A DNA stretch of 45,680 nucleotides from a virus, in the IMG/VR virus record IMGVR_UViG_3300045988_094011; one strand, written 5' to 3'. Position 1 is the first letter of the stretch. Every line of letters starts with the position of its first letter. This document shows positions 9,368-15,973 of the stretch, in pieces. Below the pieces are notes generated by a model. That model searched no databases. It saw only the letters and a list, made by a program, of their open reading frames with translations, and was not told the DNA's origin. The position numbers and the translations under genes were made by a program.

Positions 9368-10962
9368 ATACTATAACCTCCTGCACAACACTGTCTTGTG
9401 TTCATGCTCTCTTCTATATTATCCCTATTTATTATATCAATTATTTCCCTAAAAGACAATGATTTCTTTATGTCTGCATTTCCCTTTCTTTGTTTATCAA
9501 AGAATTCTATGTAATTTGAATATGCAACACGTTTCATATCTATGTAGTCATAAGGAACTTCTTGACAAATATATCTTAAACAGTCCATTAAGTGGTTATT
9601 CTTATCTATAGGCTTCTCACCTAGATTTTTATTCTTATTTCTTTCTTCTTGTGTAGGGTATCTATATTCACAACCCTCACGTAAAGTGTATGTCAAGTCA
9701 TTGAAAAATACAAGTAAACCTGCATACATCATATTTTTAACTCTCTGAATACCATCCTCAATATTGTTTATAGCACATTTTGTCACTATACCATGTTCAA
9801 GTTGTAGTTGTTGTTTATATGTACGACCTGTTGTCTTACTTCTCTTATCTGCAGATGGGTCTATAAGTGGCATATGTAAGCAACCTTGTGGTATATCACT
9901 TATCATTTTCTTAAACTCAGGAGCAACCTGTGCTAAAACCTGATTTGTCTTATAGTATTCTCTATAGAAATAGATTATACCTGTATTTGGGTCTTGTGCT
10001 CCCAGTAAAATAGCAGCTGGGTCATTAATACCTGGGTCATGTGCAATATATCTCGTCCAATCGTCTGGTATTGGAAAGGGCTCACACGTATGACTTAATA
10101 TATCAGGATAAACAGCACCCTCTGCATACTCTATAATACAGTCTACATAAAGTCTTACTTGCTCTGGAGTTAGTGAATTTACAACAGATTGTACAAATCC
10201 AGGTGGTAAGTAAGGATTATCTCTACTACTAGACAGAAATGCAGCCAAATCTGGGTTTCTATTTGTAATTCTCTTCTCATACATTTTTACAGTTTCTGCA
10301 ATAGATTTACTACCTTCTATATGGTCAGATGTAAAAAGTAAATCTCTTATAGGTCCTTGAGCTGGGTTTGAACATATAATACCGACAAAGTGTTCAACAC
10401 CATCTATAATACCATGTGTGTTTCTCAAACGTCTAACACACTCCTGGTAGATTTTAGGACTTATACCTGATGCTTCTTCTATATAGAATGCTGTTATGTT
10501 CATAGAACGAAACTTTTCTTCATCATCACTGGCAAAACCTGTTATTTTATGCCCATTAGTAAGGACTATTTCAATTTCAGCTTTAGTATCAGTCCACTTT
10601 TCCACAAATTTACGTGGTAAGTATTCATCAAAAATAGGCATAATTGCCTTAGAAAGTTGTTTTAGGGTTTGTGCTAGCATAATAGTCTGCCCATATGGTA
10701 CCGTAAGTGCATGATTTATAATCTCCATAACACTTGAGTTAGATTTAGCTGAGCCCATACCACCAATCTGTAATTTTATTTTATGTTTATCTTTGTGCAT
10801 AGCTAATTGATGAGGTAATGGAACATAATGTATGTATGCTGCATCACATGTGTCACAGTAACCATACTTATGATTACTTGTTTTATTAATAGTAATCTTA
10901 CCAACACCACAACATGGACATTTGTATACTAAAAAAGTCTTATCTTCCGATAACTTTTCCAT
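9361..10962 (-). CDS. terL: Terminase large subunit with an N-terminal Cys4 zinc-ribbon-like extension
   Basis: 533 aa with a Walker A-like GGMGSAKS, Walker B-like ITAFYIEEAS and a C-terminal nuclease-type acidic segment (IAHDPG). Strong SD (AAAGGAGG). The N-terminus carries CPCC..x17..CDTC. Confidence 0.85.
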   Translation of the reverse strand: MEKLSEDKTFLVYKCPCCGVGKITINKTSNHKYGYCDTCDAAYIHYVPLPHQLAMHKDKHKIKLQIGGMGSAKSNSSVMEIINHALTVPYGQTIMLAQTLKQLSKAIMPIFDEYLPRKFVEKWTDTKAEIEIVLTNGHKITGFASDDEEKFRSMNITAFYIEEASGISPKIYQECVRRLRNTHGIIDGVEHFVGIICSNPAQGPIRDLLFTSDHIEGSKSIAETVKMYEKRITNRNPDLAAFLSSSRDNPYLPPGFVQSVVNSLTPEQVRLYVDCIIEYAEGAVYPDILSHTCEPFPIPDDWTRYIAHDPGINDPAAILLGAQDPNTGIIYFYREYYKTNQVLAQVAPEFKKMISDIPQGCLHMPLIDPSADKRSKTTGRTYKQQLQLEHGIVTKCAINNIEDGIQRVKNMMYAGLLVFFNDLTYTLREGCEYRYPTQEERNKNKNLGEKPIDKNNHLMDCLRYICQEVPYDYIDMKRVAYSNYIEFFDKQRKGNADIKKSLSFREIIDIINRDNIEESMNTRQCCAGGYSIC

Positions 10963-11116
10963 AATTTACCTCCTTTTTAACACTATGCCAACACCAAACT
11001 GGTTTTTGAACGAACTACTACAAATAGCTTTAAAATAAGGATGGTTAAAAAGTTTTAAGTATAATTCAGTGTCAGCATACTGCTAAAAAGCAGTACATAA
11101 TTAGATTGGAGATTTT

Positions 11117-11291
11117 AGTATCCTTAATAGATACTGTCTAATGATATAATATAGATTTGCACTATATTTCTTACCACGATAGGTTGACTATTGCCTTTGT
11201 TACTTGTCCTATTGTTTTTGCTACAAGTAAGGAATAACTCTTTTTACTATATAAACTATATATCACTAGACACTACCTATTAAAGTAGTGT
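11117..11291 (-). ncRNA. Module U5
   Basis: H1 is ACACUAC-UUUAAUAG-GUAGUGU. An 11-bp helix CUAGUGAUAUA / UAUAUCAUUAG has 1 G-U and closes a ~110-nt internal domain. H2 is AGUAUC-UAUUAAG-GAUACU. Confidence 0.5.
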
Positions 11292-11321
11292 TTTTCTCTT
11301 GTGAGAAATAAAAATGAGCAT

Positions 11322-11437
11322 AGTACTTTAATAAGTACTGTACTAATGATAAAGCCACCACGGACGGTCTTGTCGTTAGAAGAGTCGAACTTCACTTTCT
11401 TACATATCATCAGTACACTACCTACTAGAGATAGTGT
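11322..11437 (-). ncRNA. Module U4
   Basis: H1 is ACACUA-UCUCUAGUAGG-UAGUGU. A 12-bp helix GUACUGAUGAUA / UAUCAUUAGUAC has 1 G-U. The internal domain carries a T-loop-like GAAG-UUCGACU-CUUC. The H2 equivalent is AGUACUU-AUUA-AAGUACU. The tail is AUGCUCAUUUUUAUUU. Confidence 0.5.
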
Positions 11438-11485
11438 TCACTGCTTATCCCCTCGGAGCTCGTCAGCAAATAAAATTAGAACTTC

Positions 11486-11615
11486 TAGTGTCTTATAGAC
11501 ACCATATCAAGTAAATATGTTGGAACAACCTCACTTATAGCAACAAGGTAATCATAGACCTGTCTAGTGTTCTATTTTTATATATTTACTCAATATGCTA
11601 CCTATAAGATAGCAT
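11486..11615 (-). ncRNA. Module U3
   Basis: H1 is AUGCUA-UCUUAUAGG-UAGCAU. A 15-bp helix AUAUUGAGUAAAUAU / AUAUUUACUUGAUAU has 2 G-U. H2 is UGGUGUC-UAUAA-GACACUA (1 G-U). The tail is AGUUCUAAUUUUAUUU. Confidence 0.55.
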
Positions 11616-11817
11616 CACTATTTTCAACATACTTAATATCAACGACATATTAGATATGTGATTTCATGTAGACGACTTCGTTCGTTGTCTAGGGTATTAG
11701 TCGTTTTCCCCACCTCTAAACTAAAGACTTTGTTTACTCTCATAATTAAATAATTTTAACAACTTCTTCGCAAACACAGGATTTTATGCGTTTTCTTAAA
11801 AGTAAAACTAGAACTGA

Positions 11818-11937
11818 TAGTGCCTTATAGACACCATAGAATAGATAAGAACTATATCTTCCCAATGTTCTACTGATTCATATAGTTAACCTTATAGAAC
11901 AGGTTTATCTATCCTATGCTACCTATGAGGGTAGCAC
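11818..11937 (-). ncRNA. Module U2
   Basis: H1 is GUGCUACC-CUCAUA-GGUAGCAU (1 G-U). A 13-bp helix AUAGGAUAGAUAA / UUAUCUAUUCUAU (1 G-U) encloses a possible pseudoknot (AACUAUAU/AUAUAGUU interleaved with GUUCUA/UAGAAC). H2 is UGGUGUC-UAUAA-GGCACUA (2 G-U). A U-rich tail follows. Confidence 0.55.
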
Positions 11938-11965
11938 TAAAGTAAATGAAAAAGTGGTTTTACCT

Positions 11966-12048
11966 GGCACCTTATAGGCACCAATAGACCTAGAACTCTG
12001 AGCATGCTTAATTCTAAATCTATTGCAACCTACGAGGCATCGTCGTAG
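11966..12048 (-). ncRNA. Module U1
   Basis: Given in RNA sense. H1 is CUACGA/UCGUAG (12048-12030, overlapping the stop of the upstream ORF). The long helix is CAAUAGA..UAGAA / UUCUA..UCUAUUG (12025-11982). H2 is GGUGCC-UAUAA-GGUGCC (11982-11966), which pairs only as RNA through two tandem G-U. Confidence 0.5.
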
Positions 12049-12539
12049 ATATCAGGTATTCTTATAATACATATGTTTCTATTATTCTCTAGTTGTTCTT
12101 GTTCTTCTAAGTTCTTAATAAGTTGTAAGTTATCACGTTTATTCTTGGCTGTGGGGTTGGCTAAGTTATCCTCAGCTGCAGCTTTTAAAAGTGTTCTTTT
12201 GTGCTTCTGTATATAAACACTTACGATTCTATCAGCTAAAAAGTCATTCCACTCATCAACTGTCGTGTTACTATACTTATCAGCTAAATCAAACTGATTC
12301 TTAAATATATTCTTAGCCATGTCAGCTGTATATAGACTGGCTAAATAGTTATATCTTTCTTTTTTGTTGTCATCTAAATGGGTAGCCTGAGATAGTGCTA
12401 CAGATAAGGGGTCCTCTAAAGTGAGTTTCCTTTTCTCTTTCTCAATACTCGAATATATGTTTGCTTCTTTATATTCTGAAGAATCCTTATCAAATAAAGC
12501 ACTGGTACCAAAGATGGCATCTAGTTCCTGTTCTGTCAT
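12030..12539 (-). CDS. Putative terminase small subunit / packaging-initiation protein (169 aa), by position only
   Basis: First gene of the minus-strand arm, upstream of terL. The listed start at 12566 would place the promoter -10 box inside the ORF, so the ATG at 12539 (MTEQELDAIF..) is preferred. No diagnostic motif recognised. Confidence 0.35.
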   Translation of the reverse strand: MTEQELDAIFGTSALFDKDSSEYKEANIYSSIEKEKRKLTLEDPLSVALSQATHLDDNKKERYNYLASLYTADMAKNIFKNQFDLADKYSNTTVDEWNDFLADRIVSVYIQKHKRTLLKAAAEDNLANPTAKNKRDNLQLIKNLEEQEQLENNRNICIIRIPDIYDDAS

Positions 12540-12554
12540 ATTATCACCAGTTAC

Positions 12555-12583
12555 ATTATAGCACACTTTTGGTTTTTTGTAAA
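12555..12583 (-). promoter_or_regulatory. Sigma-A-type promoter for the packaging/structural arm
   Basis: The minus strand reads TTTACA-aaaaaccaaaagtgtgc-TATAAT: a 17-nt spacer and a TGTGC extended -10 (-16 TRTG-like). Confidence 0.7.
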
Positions 12584-12772
12584 TTTTTTATTTTTCCCGT
12601 TTTTTTTTATTTTATGGAGTTGGAAGGGAGAAATCTTAATATAATATATCACGCACAGGCAAGGACTCATATAGACATCATTTCAAACCCACCCCAGGTA
12701 TGCGTAACTGTTACACATACAACAAAATATTTTCTAGCTTTCTCTTATTTATGGGCTTCAATTTATAAAATT

Positions 12773-12841
12773 CACATTATTACATAATATGTATATGCAA
12801 CCACTTCTTCACATTATTACATATATTACACATTATTACAT
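12773..12841. repeat. Three direct copies of CACATTATTACAT in the divergent control region (candidate operator/iteron sites)
   Basis: Exact 13-mers at 12773-12785, 12810-12822 and 12829-12841, plus a partial copy (gacacatt) near 12853. Confidence 0.85.
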
Positions 12842-13020
12842 TGTCGAATTATGACACATTGGAAAAAACTATACAGAAAACCTATACATTGAAAATTCAA
12901 TTTGCTCATCTGCTTAACATCAATTTTTTTAAAATTTTACGTTTTTTTGTCGTATTATGTTTAATTGGTTTTCATTATACAGTTATATTATATAATTATA
13001 ATAATATATTTATATAGTTG

Positions 13021-13120
13021 AAAAAAAGATGAAAAAGAAATTTGAAAAAAAAATTTTCACTGACTAGATTAACGCACAACTTGAAAATATTCAAAAAAAA
13101 TGAAAAAATTCACAAAAAAG
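13021..13120 (+). promoter_or_regulatory. Phased A-tract region (UP-element-like, probably bent DNA) upstream of the early promoter
   Basis: Runs of 5-9 A recur roughly every 10-13 bp (near 13021, 13032, 13045, 13093, 13103 and 13114), interspersed with repeated TGAAAAA. Confidence 0.5.
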
Positions 13121-13122
13121 CC

Positions 13123-13151
13123 TTGACATTACCAAAAATTGGTGATAATAT
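13123..13151 (+). promoter_or_regulatory. Strong sigma-A-type early promoter
   Basis: TTGACA (13123-13128), a 17-nt spacer, then TAATAT (13146-13151) preceded by a TG (extended -10). Confidence 0.75.
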
Positions 13152-13176
13152 TAAAGCAGACAAGGAGGAAAACAAG

Positions 13177-13278
13177 ATGAAAAAGTTAAAAAGTTTTATA
13201 GCTAAATATAAGATAATAATACTATTTATATTAGCTACATACGCACTATTATTCATAGATTGTTTACTACATAGATAA
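13177..13278 (+). CDS. 33-aa hydrophobic peptide, first early gene
   Basis: AAGGAGG lies 8 nt upstream of the ATG at 13177. It reads MKKLKSFIAKYKIIILFILATYALLFIDCLLHR, with one predicted TM helix. The listed longer ORF begins upstream of the promoter. Confidence 0.5.
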   Translation: MKKLKSFIAKYKIIILFILATYALLFIDCLLHR

Positions 13279-13348
13279 TAATGCTTTAGGGTTTGCCTGT
13301 TCCCACAAAAACAGGCACAATATAATTAGTAGAATAGGAGATAAAAAT

Positions 13349-13453
13349 ATGACAAAACAAGAATTTATTAAAAAATTAATATTAGCTAGATTAGAAGCAG
13401 AAAGAGTTAGAGTTCTACAAAACTCTACAGAAAATAGAAAGGGGTTAAAATAA
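13349..13453 (+). CDS. Possible 34-aa ORF
   Basis: A weak SD (TAGGAGAT) precedes the ATG at 13349. It reads MTKQEFIKKLILARLEAERVRVLQNSTENRKGLK and its stop is 1 nt before the next gene. Confidence 0.3.
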   Translation: MTKQEFIKKLILARLEAERVRVLQNSTENRKGLK

Positions 13454-13454
13454 T

Positions 13455-13823
13455 ATGACAAAGTATAATTATTTAGAAGCAGTTAAAAACGACGTTAAAG
13501 AATATATGGAAGAAAACAACATTACAGAAGTAACAGAAGATTTGTATGACATATTAATTGATGAGGACAGTATTACAGGTAATATGAGTGGGTCTTACAC
13601 ACTTAATAGATGGCAAGCAGAGGAAAACTTATGCCACAATATGGACTTATTAAAACAGGCTTGTGATATGCTTGGGAGTACTCCTGACCTTAATAATCCT
13701 GAAGCATGTGACGTCACTATTAGATGTTACTTATTAGGTGATGCACTAAATGAGATAGACGAGAAGATGAATTCGAAGTATACAATGCCTATGGTAAAAA
13801 TATTAGAAGAGGAGATGAATTAG
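13455..13823 (+). CDS. Acidic 122-aa early protein (function unknown)
   Basis: ORF with an SD and D/E-rich composition. It lies in the early block next to RadC. Confidence 0.6.
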   Translation: MTKYNYLEAVKNDVKEYMEENNITEVTEDLYDILIDEDSITGNMSGSYTLNRWQAEENLCHNMDLLKQACDMLGSTPDLNNPEACDVTIRCYLLGDALNEIDEKMNSKYTMPMVKILEEEMN

Positions 13824-13825
13824 TT

Positions 13826-14143
13826 ATGAGAATGTACGAATTAGAACCACAATATGACAGTAGAGCAAGCTTTTATGGAAAAGCACAAGTAACTGCAGAG
13901 CATACAATTATTGACAGTGAAGAGCTAAAACTATATAGTTATGGCACTTTAGTTGCAAGCGTTGAGCATACTAACCTTAAAACTATATTTAGATATAATG
14001 GTTACTATTCACAAACTACAACTAGACATCAGAAAGAGTTCTTTTTTCAAGAGGGTTTACATCAAAAAGACTGGGAACTATTAAAGAAACAAGGAACAAT
14101 CACATATGCAGAGAACGGAGATGTTTTAGATGGAAATTTATAA
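13826..14143 (+). CDS. Hypothetical 105-aa early protein
   Basis: ORF with a GAGGAG SD, tightly packed with its neighbours. Confidence 0.6.
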   Translation: MRMYELEPQYDSRASFYGKAQVTAEHTIIDSEELKLYSYGTLVASVEHTNLKTIFRYNGYYSQTTTRHQKEFFFQEGLHQKDWELLKKQGTITYAENGDVLDGNL

Positions 14144-14561
14144 AACTTCAATTAAATTAGTAAGAGAATCAACAGTGCAATATGATAATATTACTATAAA
14201 AAATATAGCTGATGTTATTAAATTAGTTGACAATATAGAAGATATAAAAAACAATGATGTAGAAAATGTTTATATAATTTGTTTGAATAATAAAAATGTA
14301 CCTATAAACTATTCTTTAGTTGCTAAAGGTACTATTAATTCATCAATGATTGACCCAAAAACAATATTTAAAACAATATTATTAAGTAATGCTAGTGCTT
14401 TTATAATGGTTCATAATCACCCAAGTGGAGACCCAGCACCAAGCAAGGAAGATTATGAAATAACAAATATTATAGAAAAGGCTAGTAAGTTATTAGATAT
14501 TAAATTTTTAGACCATATAATTATTGGTGACAATAAGTATATTAGTTGTGTGGAGGTATAA
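14130..14561 (+). CDS. radC: RadC-like JAB/MPN domain protein
   Basis: Contains the JAMM-type signature HNHPSGDPAPSKED..DHIIIG, characteristic of RadC/DUF2466. Confidence 0.85.
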   Translation: MEIYKTSIKLVRESTVQYDNITIKNIADVIKLVDNIEDIKNNDVENVYIICLNNKNVPINYSLVAKGTINSSMIDPKTIFKTILLSNASAFIMVHNHPSGDPAPSKEDYEITNIIEKASKLLDIKFLDHIIIGDNKYISCVEV

Positions 14562-14563
14562 AA

Positions 14564-14839
14564 ATGAATTTTAAAGAATATGATAAGATAATAAAAGAAC
14601 ATAAGTTTGATATGCTATTTATGATTATTTACTATAGTCTACAATGCAACGAAGCTTTTAAAGACTTAAAAGAAAGAGAGATTGAAAGGTTAATCTATTT
14701 TATACATGATGTATACTTAAAAGATGAAAATAACACTGATTTGGGGTATATATGTGACAGGGCTTTGAAACATAAAGAGCAAATATTAAATAATAAAATA
14801 ACAATATCCGAATTTTTAACAGGTTGGTTGTTTATTTAG
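14564..14839 (+). CDS. Hypothetical 91-aa protein
   Basis: A GGAGG SD precedes the ATG at 14564 (MNFKEYDKII..). Confidence 0.55.
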   Translation: MNFKEYDKIIKEHKFDMLFMIIYYSLQCNEAFKDLKEREIERLIYFIHDVYLKDENNTDLGYICDRALKHKEQILNNKITISEFLTGWLFI

Positions 14840-14858
14840 AAAGTAAAGAGGTGTAAAA

Positions 14859-15122
14859 ATGATTTATAAAAATGACAATATTATAGAAAAAGATAATTAT
14901 ATTATAGGAACAATAGAAGATTTAAGGGAATATTTTAGATATCAAATAGCAAGTCTATGTATGACTGGGGAAGAGGAACAAGAGGGTTTTACTACTAATG
15001 TACGTGATATATGTGACTTATTAGATATTTTAGAGGAAGATTTACAACTTTATCCCGATTATGCAACTATAAAAGTATCTAGAATGCAAATGGGTAATTT
15101 TGTAATAGAAAGAGAGGATTAA
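14859..15122 (+). CDS. Hypothetical 87-aa acidic protein
   Basis: ORF with an AGAGGTG SD. Confidence 0.55.
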   Translation: MIYKNDNIIEKDNYIIGTIEDLREYFRYQIASLCMTGEEEQEGFTTNVRDICDLLDILEEDLQLYPDYATIKVSRMQMGNFVIERED

Positions 15123-15123
15123 A

Positions 15124-15246
15124 ATGGAACATATAATTAATGAAGTATTAGAATGGTGTCAAAATGATATGCAATATTTACAAGAGATTATTAACAATTT
15201 ACAAAATATTGTTAATAATAGTGAAGAACAGGAAAGTGAGGATTAA
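15124..15246 (+). CDS. Possible 40-aa ORF
   Basis: The ATG at 15124 follows the upstream stop. It reads MEHIINEVLEWCQNDMQYLQEIINNLQNIVNNSEEQESED and fills the gap exactly. Confidence 0.35.
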   Translation: MEHIINEVLEWCQNDMQYLQEIINNLQNIVNNSEEQESED

Positions 15247-15248
15247 AA

Positions 15249-15662
15249 ATGATACTAGATGAAAAACAAATTGAGTTATTAGATGATATTTTATTCTATT
15301 TAGGTTGTCTTGAGGGAGAAAAAGCACAAGAACTTAATAATAAACTTTATCATGAGATACTAGAAAAAAAGGGAAAATCTAAAAATATAAAAGAATTTCT
15401 TATTAAAAAATATGGGGAGCAGATTTTAAAATATAAAGCAGTTGATTATATTTGCTATATTTTAGACAATTGTTTCAATGGTAACAAAATGAAAATGGGA
15501 GATATACAAAAAGAAGTTGCAACACATTTCCAAACAACAGCCTATGGAGTTGAAAGAGTTATCAGATATTTTAGAATTAATATTATTAATGATATTTCAC
15601 GTTCTAATAAAGCCTTTATATTTAAGTTAGCGTTTGAATATGAAAAAGAAAGGAGTTTATAA
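15249..15662 (+). CDS. Orphan Spo0A C-terminal (DNA-binding) domain-like protein without a receiver domain
   Basis: The C-terminal half KAVDYICYILDN..MGDIQKEVATHFQTTAYGVERVIRYF parallels the Spo0A effector-domain segment as I remember it ([38 protein letters not shown]). The 60-aa N-terminal region is not CheY-like. Confidence 0.5.
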   Translation: MILDEKQIELLDDILFYLGCLEGEKAQELNNKLYHEILEKKGKSKNIKEFLIKKYGEQILKYKAVDYICYILDNCFNGNKMKMGDIQKEVATHFQTTAYGVERVIRYFRINIINDISRSNKAFIFKLAFEYEKERSL

Positions 15663-15664
15663 TT

Positions 15665-15973
15665 ATGAAAGTTAAAACAGTTTATGTAGTTATGTCAGTA
15701 TTTAATAATTTTGAAGATTGTAGCATGAATTACACAGATATTGATAGTGTCTTTACTACTTTATATAGTGCCAAAGAACAAGCTCTAGACGTTTGTTTAA
15801 ACTTAATACATGATGATATGGAAGTTGTCTACACTGAAAGTCACAAAACAACACACAATAGTATTGTACAAGAAATTAGGTATCAACTTAATAGATTTGG
15901 TTATGTTGATTTAAAACAAAAAGTTGGCGATGGAGAAACACGTGTTCATGTTATTGAAAAGGTTGTGTTATAA
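15665..15973 (+). CDS. Hypothetical 102-aa protein
   Basis: ORF with an AAGGAG SD. Confidence 0.55.
   Translation: MKVKTVYVVMSVFNNFEDCSMNYTDIDSVFTTLYSAKEQALDVCLNLIHDDMEVVYTESHKTTHNSIVQEIRYQLNRFGYVDLKQKVGDGETRVHVIEKVVL

Larger units (their letters stand above)
11078..12048 (-). ncRNA. Candidate array of five paralogous structured RNA modules in the ORF-free terS-terL gap
   Basis: No ORF of 60 aa or more fits here as a gene. Five units share the order hairpin H1, long closing helix around an internal domain, hairpin H2. Helix sequences differ between units but pairing is kept, and all 11 non-Watson-Crick positions are G-U only in the minus-strand sense. Confidence 0.6.

Noticed and set aside
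11379-11393. T-arm-like motif (RNA sense GAAG-UUCGACU-CUUC) suggesting a minus-strand tRNA gene inside module U4
   Set aside because: No complementary 7-bp acceptor stem, D-arm or anticodon arm can be built at tRNA spacing around it. The sequence after the T-stem (AACGACA) has no partner upstream. I treat it as a T-loop motif inside the larger structured RNA, not as a tRNA.
10963-12029. Possible CRISPR mini-array or solitary CRISPR-repeat mimic, because of recurring short palindromes
   Set aside because: The repeats are imperfect, occur in both orientations and are irregularly spaced (tens to hundreds of nt). They have no constant repeat length or spacer periodicity. No cas genes are present.
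12461-12787. 108-aa plus-strand ORF spanning the terS-like gene start and the control region. Also the ORFs 11301-11498 (+), 13267-13461 (-) and 38832-39116 (+).
   Set aside because: They have no SD, they cross promoters, iterons or structured-RNA modules, and they run against the local transcription direction. 11301-11498 lies inside modules U4/U5, where stem symmetry rather than codon structure explains the openness.
13042-13176. Upstream part of the listed 78-aa ORF 13042-13278
   Set aside because: This part lies upstream of and across the TTGACA/TAATAT promoter and is made of A-tracts (K-rich translation). Only the SD-preceded 33-aa portion from 13177 is plausible.
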